Shown: positions 19,400 through 28,828, numbered from the stretch's first letter. The stretch is DNA of 64,000 bases from an uncultured Acidimicrobiia bacterium (GCA_963786955.1 CAWBAT010000005.1:448001-512000), one strand, 5' to 3'. Translations and numbers: made by a program. Notes: generated by a model not told the origin, from the letters alone.

Positions 19400-20104
19400 C
19401 TAATCCTTTTTTCCTGTAAACCGCATCTGCGGCAAGAGCGGCTTTTTTGACTTCTGATCCACTAGTTCATGGTAATGGAGGAGCGTCGCGATGTCCTTGC
19501 CTCGACGAATCTCCTGGTAGATAGCCTTTTCAACTTTTAAGAGCCGTTGGGCCGTCTCCAAAACGTCTGCCAATAAATGAGTCGGCACGACCACGACCCC
19601 GTCCTCATCTCCGACGACCCAATCGCCAGGTTGAACAACCACCCCTCCGCACGTTATCGGGACATTGATTTCACCCGCATACTCGGCGCCCCCCGCATTG
19701 GGCACAACGCTGCGAGCGAAAACCGGCAGCGCCTCTTTTCTTATTTCGACAAGATCGCGAATCGCTCCATTAATCACTACTCCTGCCAACCCCTTTAGCC
19801 CCGCAGCAATCGTTGTCGCACCACCCCACAGGGCTGTATTCAACTCGCCCTGTCCATCGATCACCAGAACTTTGCCCTTGGGACAGCTAGAAAGAGCGAT
19901 GCCCACCATCAAAATATCTGCCGGGTGGACACTTGCGGTGAAAGCCATCCCCGCCATACGGCTTTGTCGAGACCAGCAACGCATGTCATGATCCATGGCC
20001 CCAGTTTTTCCCATGGCATCGGACAGAATCGCGGTGCCTGCCCTCACCAATTTTTGTCGGACTTGCGATAGGTTCAATAGACTGAAAATATTTTTTTGAA
20101 CCAT
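19400..20104 (-). CDS. RraA / HMG-aldolase family protein
   Basis: SDAMG, VLVIDG, ALWGG, GAIRD and GGVVVQPGDWVVGDEDGVVVVP. Confidence 0.85.
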   Translation of the reverse strand: MVQKNIFSLLNLSQVRQKLVRAGTAILSDAMGKTGAMDHDMRCWSRQSRMAGMAFTASVHPADILMVGIALSSCPKGKVLVIDGQGELNTALWGGATTIAAGLKGLAGVVINGAIRDLVEIRKEALPVFARSVVPNAGGAEYAGEINVPITCGGVVVQPGDWVVGDEDGVVVVPTHLLADVLETAQRLLKVEKAIYQEIRRGKDIATLLHYHELVDQKSKKPLLPQMRFTGKKD

Positions 20105-20132
20105 AGAACGTAGGACCGTATCGATACTTTAG

Positions 20133-20156
20133 TTAACACCGTGCTTCAGCACGGTG
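20133..20156. repeat. Short palindrome (REP-like or IS200/605-end-like hairpin)
   Basis: TTAA-CACCGTGC-TTCA-GCACGGTG. Confidence 0.45.
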
Positions 20157-20185
20157 ATTGGACTCCAGGCTCGAATTTAAGCGCT

Positions 20186-21277
20186 TCAACTTGAAATCAC
20201 CACCTGGGCTGGATTAATGGCCTTGTACTTTCCCTTCTGACTGGTAATGTCGAAGGCTTCGGGAACTTTTTCGATTCCCTTCAAAACATGAGTGATCACA
20301 GGTTTCAAGCGGACCCGGCCCGTAGCCACCAAGCCAACAGTGTACTCCAAATGGGCCACGGTACTGATATCGGGAAATAGGTAACGAAGGCTCCGCTCTC
20401 GCATCAAGTCAATATCCACCTGCAAGGGAGATCCAAACCAGGAGACACCAATGATTTTACCGCCCGAGCGCACCGAATCGATTGCTTGAAGCAAGGTCTG
20501 CAGCCCGGACAAGCCTTGTTGCGGACTGCCTCCGGCACATTCGAAAACCACGTCAACCCCGTTCCCCTCCGTCATATCCTGAATGACTTCCACCGGATTG
20601 CAGGTCGATGCGTTGATCGAGATATCGGCCCCCAGTTCTTTAGAAACCTGGCAAGCCTCGTCTCTTACATCCACGGTAAAGATTTTGCCCGCCCCGGAAT
20701 TACGGACTACTTGCATACACTCCAGCCCCATACTCCCCTGCCCAAAGATAGCAACTGAATCCCCCATTTGAATGCCGGCAGTCTCGACGGCGGCCACACT
20801 ATCACTGAGCGATTGCAGACACGCCGCTTCACTATCTGAGATTCGGTCATCGACCCTGACCAGGGCAATCTCCGGAAGCAGCGCCAATTCCGAAAAACAG
20901 CCGGGGAGCTGGAATCCAATGATCGGCCCTTTTCGGCACAGGTGACTTCGTTCCGTCATGCAAAGAGGGCAATTCCCGCAGGGGAGTTTGGCCCGCGCGG
21001 CAACTCGCTCTCCCACTCGAAACCGGGACACGCCTTCACCGACTTCCACGATTCTCACACAAAACTCATGGCCAAAGAGCTGGACAGGCGCTTCCGTCTC
21101 CAGCCTTCGTTTGATTTTTTCAAAGGCCAGTGTCCGTATTCCTCGTGCTAGCTGGGCTTCCGTGACACTGGGCTGGACACAGAGTACTTGTGCAACGACG
21201 TGGCCGGGCTTACAAAGGGGTACCGGAATGTCATCCAGTCGCATGTCGTTGAATCCATAAAATCGCCAGGCTTTCAT
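20186..21277 (-). CDS. MDR (Zn-type) sugar/polyol dehydrogenase, atypical catalytic site
   Basis: GHE, structural Zn CGNCPLC...C, GQGSMG and GVDVVFECAG. The GICGSD position reads QPSVTE. Confidence 0.85.
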   Translation of the reverse strand: MKAWRFYGFNDMRLDDIPVPLCKPGHVVAQVLCVQPSVTEAQLARGIRTLAFEKIKRRLETEAPVQLFGHEFCVRIVEVGEGVSRFRVGERVAARAKLPCGNCPLCMTERSHLCRKGPIIGFQLPGCFSELALLPEIALVRVDDRISDSEAACLQSLSDSVAAVETAGIQMGDSVAIFGQGSMGLECMQVVRNSGAGKIFTVDVRDEACQVSKELGADISINASTCNPVEVIQDMTEGNGVDVVFECAGGSPQQGLSGLQTLLQAIDSVRSGGKIIGVSWFGSPLQVDIDLMRERSLRYLFPDISTVAHLEYTVGLVATGRVRLKPVITHVLKGIEKVPEAFDITSQKGKYKAINPAQVVISS

Positions 21278-21278
21278 A

Positions 21279-23951
21279 TCATCTCTTTTCCGGCGATGTC
21301 AGTTGCAGCTTGAATGTCTTGATTTCGAATGGATGCAAGTCAAACTGCAGGGTATTATTCTGCACAGCTAAACTTCGGCCAGTCTCTTCAATGAGATTGG
21401 ATTCCTGGGCCGAAGTCACTCCGGTTTGGAGCTTGACCTGAATCCCCGAGGTACTCTTGCCGCCCGCCTCGTACACGCGGAGGATGACACTTCCGTTGGG
21501 ACCCGGTTTCAGCGCGGAAACAACCACATTGGGTTGAGAAACCTCGAGAAGCCCCCAGCGTTTGGGTAACGACCCGGCATGGGAAGTGCTTTTCCGACTC
21601 ATCAAAGGGTGATTAAATTCCCATCCGGCTCGATAGACACCTGCAGACTTCCAATCTCCGGCATGCGGCACCAGCGCGTATTGCAGAGTCAACGTCTTTC
21701 CCAATTCCAACCCGGTGTCTGAAGACATCGCAGGATCGAATCCGGCAACAGGTTGCGAGGCGTATGCTCCAATGGTGGCTGATCGTAACAAGGAAAGCAT
21801 CATCGTCCCATCGGCCATATTATTCCCGGGGAGACCCCGATTGAGCAAGGCCAGCCCTTTTCTTGCGTCTCCATAGTCCATCCAGTTTTGGGCAGGAAAT
21901 TCAATACCAGCCGGTCTGTCAATGGCTCCAAAGGGAATTTCTGCAACATACTGCCCATTCTCGATGGTCGTTGGGAACAGCGCCCGGTAGCGGACAAACT
22001 TTTCATTGTTCAAAATCCGAGTCGTGATATCGATGCGTGGAATCCCCTGATAAAGCCGCACGGACGTGCCATAGTGGCCGGTCCCGAAGGCATGGTTGAC
22101 GCTATATTCCGAATACACCGGGCCGTGCAGGATTCCGCCGCTGCCACCCACTTGTTGATTGCTGAAGGATGCCATACCAGGTTTAGGAGGGAAATGTTGG
22201 GTTTTCATGGCAATATTTCTGCCTCCGTTGAGCCCTCCATATAGTTCCCAGAAATCGCCGCCATCATATTCACGTGCGACCACGTTCCCCGGGCCGGCAA
22301 GGAATTCCGAATTGTCGGACTTCAATTGCAGCCCTGTCATGGCACCCGTCCATAGATTAAAACTAACCCGATAAAACTCATTTTCCATCGAGTCACTATC
22401 TTTCATGGCGGCAGAACTTGTCCAGCGCCGGGTCTCTCGATCCGGCCCATGGAGCTCCGATGTTTCAGCCGACCGGGCAGGAAGATTCGCAACGGCGTGA
22501 TAAACCGCGTACCCCAGGGCAGGGACATCCTTGGCAATGAAAGCTAACTTGACCTGTTTGAGACTGCCGTCCCCACTGCGAACCATGTCGAGAGATTGGA
22601 CAGGAACGTCCTTGCCATCCGGGTCGAACAGTCTAATCGTACGAACCCCGGAATCCGAAAAGAACAAATCGGTCTCCGTAATGTCGGTTCGAGGCCAACC
22701 CAGCGAATTGAAAACGATGATCGGGATGCCGTCCCCTCGGGTATCGATTCTAGAGACAAGCGTTTCAAAACCAGTGTCCACCATCTCGTTTCCCAGCGCC
22801 TGAGAGAATTCAAAGCCCCGGATGGAGTCTTCATAGACTCTGTCGGACATGACCCCCGATGCCAAATCATGAGTCTGATTGAAGATCGTCGGTTCCCAGG
22901 CACGCCACAACATCGCATTGTCAGTCATCGTTCCCAGCCAATTTGAAAGGGCTCCTAACTTTTCTGCCGTGGTCAGGATTCGGGTCAGATTCCTGGTCCA
23001 CTGTTTGACTTCAATTCGGCTGCTGTATATCCCTTGAAAGATCGGATTGAGTTCACCTTTGATAGTGGGCAGGTCATTCCGTTTGGCGACGACAGCCTCA
23101 AAGTCAGAAGGGACTGCCAACTTGACAATAAAAGGGGCATCCTTTTTCTTATTGAATTCCTCGACGAAAGCAGGAATATGCTCCTCAGGCACAGAAACAT
23201 CCGCTCCGGCCAAACCAACCCGGTTGGGACCTCGTGAGAAAGGGGTAAGTAAAGCAAAACGACTCTTCAGAAAATCTGAAAACTCAGGAAATGTCCCCGG
23301 CGATCCGTAGAAAAGGCCATAGCCCGCAGGAAGCCAAAAAGAGGAGATCTTCGTACCGTCCAGTCCTTCCCAGAAAAACTCGGAAGGGACATCGAGGCTC
23401 GATACGCCCCGGAAAAACCAGAAGGAATTGAATCCAGCCAGTTTCAACAGTTGCGGCATTTGTGCGTTATGCCCAAAGGTATCCAGCAACCAGGATGTCG
23501 TGATGTCGACCCCCAGTTTGTCATGACAATATCCCTTGCCATAAAGCATGTTGCGGACAAACAGTTCGCCAGGCGGCATGTTATCGTCCGGCATGTTATC
23601 CATCCCGCCGACCAGTTGCAGCCTGCCTTCAGCAATGAATTTTCGGAATGAAGCTTCTTCTTCCGGGTATCGCTCCAGAAAAGGTTTGAAGTAGGCCACC
23701 TGGTCCAGAGTGAACTTGTAGTTGGGGTAAGTCTTCAGCATATTGAGGGCACGAGCAATATTCACGAGTCCCGACTGGAGGTAGTCCTCGCGCGTAATAA
23801 AGACGGCACCCTCCCAATGCGTGTGCGGGACAAAGTAAAGGGTGTCCTTTGGAGCGGACGCTTGCGGGAAAGCAACCTGGAATTCACCGGCGGACAAAAA
23901 AAACAAAATCATGATCAGACCGATCAAAATTATCGAACGCTTTTCGATCAT
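21279..23951 (-). CDS. Glycoside hydrolase family 38 (alpha-mannosidase-like), exported
   Basis: Signal peptide; HTHWE, FTLDQ, WLLDTFGH nucleophile, EFFWEGLDG, QTHD, VFNSLGWPR and LRVYE. Confidence 0.88.
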   Translation of the reverse strand: MIEKRSIILIGLIMILFFLSAGEFQVAFPQASAPKDTLYFVPHTHWEGAVFITREDYLQSGLVNIARALNMLKTYPNYKFTLDQVAYFKPFLERYPEEEASFRKFIAEGRLQLVGGMDNMPDDNMPPGELFVRNMLYGKGYCHDKLGVDITTSWLLDTFGHNAQMPQLLKLAGFNSFWFFRGVSSLDVPSEFFWEGLDGTKISSFWLPAGYGLFYGSPGTFPEFSDFLKSRFALLTPFSRGPNRVGLAGADVSVPEEHIPAFVEEFNKKKDAPFIVKLAVPSDFEAVVAKRNDLPTIKGELNPIFQGIYSSRIEVKQWTRNLTRILTTAEKLGALSNWLGTMTDNAMLWRAWEPTIFNQTHDLASGVMSDRVYEDSIRGFEFSQALGNEMVDTGFETLVSRIDTRGDGIPIIVFNSLGWPRTDITETDLFFSDSGVRTIRLFDPDGKDVPVQSLDMVRSGDGSLKQVKLAFIAKDVPALGYAVYHAVANLPARSAETSELHGPDRETRRWTSSAAMKDSDSMENEFYRVSFNLWTGAMTGLQLKSDNSEFLAGPGNVVAREYDGGDFWELYGGLNGGRNIAMKTQHFPPKPGMASFSNQQVGGSGGILHGPVYSEYSVNHAFGTGHYGTSVRLYQGIPRIDITTRILNNEKFVRYRALFPTTIENGQYVAEIPFGAIDRPAGIEFPAQNWMDYGDARKGLALLNRGLPGNNMADGTMMLSLLRSATIGAYASQPVAGFDPAMSSDTGLELGKTLTLQYALVPHAGDWKSAGVYRAGWEFNHPLMSRKSTSHAGSLPKRWGLLEVSQPNVVVSALKPGPNGSVILRVYEAGGKSTSGIQVKLQTGVTSAQESNLIEETGRSLAVQNNTLQFDLHPFEIKTFKLQLTSPEKR

Positions 23952-24188
23952 TGTACCCTCTCTCTTTCGTGATCAGACGGTCACGACATAAAATGGCCTC
24001 AGAGTTCTTACGCTTTAGAATTTTCTCTGCAAGGCCCTACGACCATTGATTTGATTAATGACTCGATGCCAACGCTGATTTCCTCAGCGGGATAGCGGGG
24101 CAGCAAACCACCCTCTTTACACCTGAGAGAAACCAGGGGTGAAGTCAAGCGGCTACGAACGGCCTGCCATTTCATTCAACACAAAACA

Positions 24189-24737
24189 CTAATTCTCCGC
24201 TATAACTGGCAGTCGCTGAATTCTAGGGTCTGTGAAGTAATCGGCTTCGTCGGTGCTGCGTGTTGAGAATTCCGAGATCACGGCTCCTTCTGCCCCTGCC
24301 TGGAACCAATGAAGTGTATCCGGCATGAGCGTGTATTGATCCCCGGGTTTCAGGCAAATCTCTTTCCACACGGTGTAATGGGCTTCTGAACCCTGGGGTG
24401 GACGACAGGCCGGGTTTCCGGCGGGCTTCCCCGAAACGTAGAGGTAGACGGTGCCCCACCGGCAACGAAAGGTTTCTTCTTTGCCCAAGGCTTTTCCGAC
24501 CGTGGGATGCCGGTGTTCGGGACAAGTTTGGTAGGGGGTCATGACGAGCTCTTTAGCACAGCAGCGATCGGTATTGATATAGGTCAGGATTTGCAGACCT
24601 GTCTTGTTCAGTTCCTGGAGCCCAAAATCTGCAACTTCCAACCGCCCGCGCTCTTCCTCCGTAATGACAATTCCGGCTTGCTTGAGCATCCTGGCCGTCG
24701 TCTCGACAGCTTGCTGGTATTGTTCCGCCGTAATCAT
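24189..24737 (-). CDS. D-lyxose/D-mannose ketol-isomerase (cupin)
   Basis: CAKEL...QTCPEHRHP, GKEETF, HWFQAG, VISEFST and FTDPRI. GGAGG RBS before ATG 24737. Confidence 0.9.
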   Translation of the reverse strand: MITAEQYQQAVETTARMLKQAGIVITEEERGRLEVADFGLQELNKTGLQILTYINTDRCCAKELVMTPYQTCPEHRHPTVGKALGKEETFRCRWGTVYLYVSGKPAGNPACRPPQGSEAHYTVWKEICLKPGDQYTLMPDTLHWFQAGAEGAVISEFSTRSTDEADYFTDPRIQRLPVIAEN

Positions 24738-24791
24738 GATGGTGCCTCCCATTGGGGTTATTTGATCAGAGCAGTCCAAGAAACGCCTGCA

Positions 24792-25688
24792 TTAGGTTCT
24801 TACCGATTTGCCCGCGTACCCGTACTGGAGTATGAGCTCTTTGGCCTTACTCTTAACTGCTTCGCGTCCAGCCACCAGGATATCTTCTTCACCTCCCATT
24901 CCCAAAAAGAAATGGGGGTTCATGGGCATCTTGTAAGTAGATAGACTCTTTGCAATGGCAGCCAGGTAAGCTTGCTTGAGGGCTGTTCCAAAATTGAACT
25001 TAGCGACTCCCAGGCCGATGACCTCACTGGCCGACTCCGCCGGAAATCCTGTACCCCCGTGGATTACCAGGGGTACTTTGACTTCGGCCTGGATCCGCTG
25101 CAAGGCTTCAATGTTTACCGGAGATTTCCCCTTCGTCAGGATATGGACGTTCCCAATCGAAACCGAAAGCGCATCCACGCCTGTCTCGTCGACAAAGGAA
25201 CGGGCTAGCCGCGGATCCGTCAAGATACCTTCTTCGTAAGGACCTTCCCAACCATTCGGGAGTTCCCCAATTTGTCCTTCCACGAAAACCCCACGAGCAT
25301 GAGCCAGGGCAACCACTTTTCTGACGAGTGCCCGGTAATCTTCATAGCTCAAATAATGACTCTCCACCATGACCGCATTGAAGCCTAGCTCGATCCCCTT
25401 CTGAATCTGATCATAGTCATCCGATTCATTGAGCAGGAACGAAACCGGTACGGTAGATTCCCCAATGGCCAACCCCATGCCGGCGTAAAAGGCCAGCGTC
25501 TCCGGCTTGGAGCGCGATTCATGCATCAGAAATCCCCCGTTAAAGCCAACAATAATCGGGGATTTCAGCTCTTCAGCCGCTTCCAAGACCGCTTGGAAAG
25601 ACTCTAAATTCCATGACTCACAATAACAAACCGCATAGCCTCCACGCTTTGCGTCGGCCAGCATCTGGCTCATGGGTACAAGTGCCAT
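24792..25688 (-). CDS. Class II (fructose/tagatose-bisphosphate-type) aldolase, atypical metal site
   Basis: GYAV, TGVDALSVSIGNVH, PLVIHGGTG and GVAKFNFGT. The HLDHG motif reads LLNES. Confidence 0.82.
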   Translation of the reverse strand: MALVPMSQMLADAKRGGYAVCYCESWNLESFQAVLEAAEELKSPIIVGFNGGFLMHESRSKPETLAFYAGMGLAIGESTVPVSFLLNESDDYDQIQKGIELGFNAVMVESHYLSYEDYRALVRKVVALAHARGVFVEGQIGELPNGWEGPYEEGILTDPRLARSFVDETGVDALSVSIGNVHILTKGKSPVNIEALQRIQAEVKVPLVIHGGTGFPAESASEVIGLGVAKFNFGTALKQAYLAAIAKSLSTYKMPMNPHFFLGMGGEEDILVAGREAVKSKAKELILQYGYAGKSVRT

Positions 25689-25783
25689 CCTGCCTCCACC
25701 CTTCTTTATGCAAACGAAGTCCCGCAGTCTTGCCTTCTCTGGCCTCGCTCACACACTAATTGGTATTGCCGATTTCGTTGAAC

Positions 25784-25796
25784 TGAACTAATTTCA
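25784..25796. promoter_or_regulatory. Candidate operator TGAA-N5-TTCA upstream of the catabolic operon
   Basis: TGAACTAATTTCA; the same symmetry occurs at 50686-50700. A minus-strand TTGACA lies at 25857-25862. Confidence 0.4.
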
Positions 25797-25915
25797 AATT
25801 CGTTACTAGGAAAGTGAATTTTAGTCAACTTCATTTTGAGCGAGCACTGCCAGCCCTGTCAACACCTTTTTCGACACACCTTTTTCGACTCCTCTTAACC
25901 CGCGGCAGTTCCCAT

Positions 25916-27589
25916 TCAATCGGGTTCTTCCACAACCAGAAATTGATCTGATTTCAGCTTCACTCTCTTTTCAACTTTTCCTGAAGGCCATCGTATCTCA
26001 AGCTCATTGACAAGGCTTGCTCCTCCCAATCCAAAATGCACCCTCAAGTCGCTGGTCGAGGCATAGCTCTGGCCCGCCTGGATTTCCCGGGTTTGCTGCA
26101 GGGTTCCGATTCTGGCGATCAGACGGGTGCCGAGGGCCAAACGATTGCTGGTTCGGCCGATGCAATGCACCATCAGCCAGTGATTGCGATTCCCACCGTC
26201 ATTGCGAAGTAATATGGGAGGACCATCTTGGTTATTGATCAGCAGATCCAGGTCACCATCATGATCAATATCTCCGTATGCTAATCCACGGCTATTCGCC
26301 GGTTGGTTCACGGCCGACCCCCAGTCCGCGCTGGACTCCTTAAACATTCTACCTTGGAGGTTCATAAAAATCAGTGGGTGTTGCCGATATTTGAGCCCCA
26401 TATCAAATCGGTCTGCCTCTGGATACAAGTGACCATTCACAACAAAGATATCTTCCCAACCATCGTTATCCAAGTCGGCAAAGACATTTCCCCAACCCAC
26501 GTAGAGCCAGGTGGACTCTCCGTGTCCCAACTCGTAGCTTTTGAGAGAAAAAGTTCCGTTCTTGTTGTTCACGCACAACTGATTGGTTTCGTAAGAAGAA
26601 TTGGTGTAGTAAAGATCCGGCCAGCCGTCATTGTTGAAATCCCCGAAACTACCGCCCATTGTACCTTCTTCTACCCCGTTTTCATCAAAGGCGATGCCAG
26701 CCGACACCCCCACCTCTTCAAACTTGCCCTTCCCCAGGTTATGATAAAGAAGGTTAGGCGTGAGGTCATTCGCGACAAAGATGTCCGGCCAGCCGTCATT
26801 GTCGTAATCGGCGATGGCCGTTCCCATCCCGTAGAGCGATTCCGGATCGATGTTTCGTTCGGCCGAAACATCCTTGAAATGTCCTTTCCCGTCATTAATG
26901 TATAGGGCATCCCGCGAACCGGGCAGTCCGCGGGGACCACAAAAGACGTCGAATCCGCGATAGCTACAGGGTGCCGATCGTTGCGGTAAGTTTTCTAGAT
27001 CGTAAACAAGATAGTTGGCGACGTAGAGGTCGAGGTCGCCGTCATGATCCACGTCTGCGAAGGACGCCCCCACGCTCCAACGGGGATCTTCCAGGCCAGC
27101 GTTGCGCGCGATTTCTTCAAATTTACCATCCCCCATGTTATGGAAAAGCTTATTGGGTCCGTAGCAGGTAATATAAATGTCCTCCCTTCCGTCATTATCG
27201 ATGTCGCCTACGGCCACCCCCATTCCCCAGCCCCGGGCCGTAATCCCAGCGGCAGCTGTTACTTCCTGAAAATGACCGTGGCCGTCACCTCGATACAGGG
27301 CACAGACTACGTCCCCACCACCATGCATAAAGTGTTCCACGGTTGATCCCCGGACCAATAACAGGTCGAGATTCCCATCGTTGTCATAATCTAGGAATGC
27401 GGCTCCGCCCCCCATGGTTTCGATGATGTGCTTCTTGGTGATTCCTCCCTGTACGTTCTTGAAGCCGGCAATTCCCGATTCTCGTGTGATATCCACCAGT
27501 ACAGGCTTTTTCGATTGAGCCAAAGGGTTGATGAAGATCAAGCAGAAAAGTGACAAAACACAGGCAGTTTGAAACTTAAGGAATTTCAT
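25916..27589 (-). CDS. CRTAC1-family protein (FG-GAP/VCBS propeller + ASPIC/UnbV)
   Basis: Signal peptide; IETMGGGAAFLDYDNDG, repeated DxDxDG and AGQSYAS..DLRVHFGLG. Confidence 0.9.
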   Translation of the reverse strand: MKFLKFQTACVLSLFCLIFINPLAQSKKPVLVDITRESGIAGFKNVQGGITKKHIIETMGGGAAFLDYDNDGNLDLLLVRGSTVEHFMHGGGDVVCALYRGDGHGHFQEVTAAAGITARGWGMGVAVGDIDNDGREDIYITCYGPNKLFHNMGDGKFEEIARNAGLEDPRWSVGASFADVDHDGDLDLYVANYLVYDLENLPQRSAPCSYRGFDVFCGPRGLPGSRDALYINDGKGHFKDVSAERNIDPESLYGMGTAIADYDNDGWPDIFVANDLTPNLLYHNLGKGKFEEVGVSAGIAFDENGVEEGTMGGSFGDFNNDGWPDLYYTNSSYETNQLCVNNKNGTFSLKSYELGHGESTWLYVGWGNVFADLDNDGWEDIFVVNGHLYPEADRFDMGLKYRQHPLIFMNLQGRMFKESSADWGSAVNQPANSRGLAYGDIDHDGDLDLLINNQDGPPILLRNDGGNRNHWLMVHCIGRTSNRLALGTRLIARIGTLQQTREIQAGQSYASTSDLRVHFGLGGASLVNELEIRWPSGKVEKRVKLKSDQFLVVEEPD

Positions 27590-27720
27590 TTTACATTCAG
27601 CAAGTGCTTCTAGCCTTCGCGGAAACAGTCCGGCCAGCCGGAAAGAAGGATTCACAGCCTCTGTGCAAGGGATTGTCCAGGAGCGGGCTTCGCCAGCGTA
27701 AAGTTGCCTTGTTCTGTGAG

Positions 27721-27729
27721 TGGTAAAAT
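27721..27729 (+). promoter_or_regulatory. Extended -10 element for the RpiR gene
   Basis: TGgTAAAAT about 40 bp upstream of GTG 27771. Confidence 0.4.
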
Positions 27730-27770
27730 GTTAGCCTCAAAGTTCGAGTCGCATATCCGAGGTCCGTTCC

Positions 27771-28691
27771 GTGAGATTCAATCAAGGTTCTCATGATTTC
27801 AAAGGTGAGTCTAGCCCGATCCAACTTCAACACGATTCCCATCAACGTCCCCTGCTCGTTTACATTCAGGCAACTCTCCCTTCGCTAAAACCAACAGAGC
27901 GGCAAATCGGCGAATACATCCTGCAAGACCCGGAACGGGTCCTTTCCTCTTCCATCTCCGAAATCAGGAGAGGATGCGGCGCCAGCGTCGGATCCATCGT
28001 GGGGTTTTGTAGAACCCTCGGCGTGAAAGGCTTTGCGGAATTCAAGATTACCCTGGCCCGAGAACTCGCTCAAGGGGGATTCTCCGCCCCGCCGAAAACG
28101 CTGGACGGCCAAGCCGGCCCTTCTCTATTTGAAAGCGTCTTTCAATTTCACGACCAAAGCCTGAAAGATACCTTTCAGTTGAATAGCGCGGAGACCCTGC
28201 AGAAAGCTTCCCGGATGCTGGAGCTTGCACGGCGGATTGAATTTTTTTCAATCGGAATGTCTTATCCCGTTGCCTATACGGCGTGTCATAAACTGCGCTT
28301 GATCGGCCTGCCGGCCTCTACTCAGTCTGACTCCCATCTGCAGTTATTAGCAGCCACCCAGCTTCAGAAAGGAGATGTGGCCTTTGCGATCTCCTGCTCT
28401 GGGAACACCAAGGAAACCGTCGATTGCCTGCAAACCGCGCGGCATCATAAAGCGGCCACGCTCTGCCTCACGAACTGCATGAAATCCCCCATTACCGCCC
28501 ACGCCGATGTCGTGCTCTATGCCGCGCCGAGCGAGGTGAAATACTTTCAAGCGCCCCTGGCCTCCCGCGTCACTCAATTGGCTCTGGTCGACGCGCTTTT
28601 TGTATCCATTGCCCTTCGGAGAAAGAACAAGACCACCCTGTATCTACAGAAGGCAGGCGAAAAACTGCTGCAGCATAAATTCCGAAAATAG
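27771..28691 (+). CDS. MurR/RpiR-family transcriptional regulator (HTH + SIS)
   Basis: LKPTERQIGEYIL, FCRTLGVKGFAEFK and AISCSGNTKE SIS motif. Confidence 0.92.
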   Translation: MRFNQGSHDFKGESSPIQLQHDSHQRPLLVYIQATLPSLKPTERQIGEYILQDPERVLSSSISEIRRGCGASVGSIVGFCRTLGVKGFAEFKITLARELAQGGFSAPPKTLDGQAGPSLFESVFQFHDQSLKDTFQLNSAETLQKASRMLELARRIEFFSIGMSYPVAYTACHKLRLIGLPASTQSDSHLQLLAATQLQKGDVAFAISCSGNTKETVDCLQTARHHKAATLCLTNCMKSPITAHADVVLYAAPSEVKYFQAPLASRVTQLALVDALFVSIALRRKNKTTLYLQKAGEKLLQHKFRK

Positions 28692-28693
28692 CT

Positions 28694-28828
28694 CTTAGTA
28701 CTGCCTTTCATAAATACGGTGACGTTAACGCCGGGTCGGTGACCCGGCCTACAAAGTTGTAGGCCGCGTGACCCCACGCGGCGCCTATCCTAAGATACGT
28801 CACCGCAATTACGAATAGCAGTACTAAG
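28694..28828. mobile_element. MITE/REPIN-like element, copy 1
   Basis: ~30-bp imperfect TIRs (CTTAGTACTGC..TACGGTGACGT / ACGTCACCG..GCAGTACTAAG) enclosing two GTAGGCCG hairpins. Near-identical copy at 32616..32750. Confidence 0.8.
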
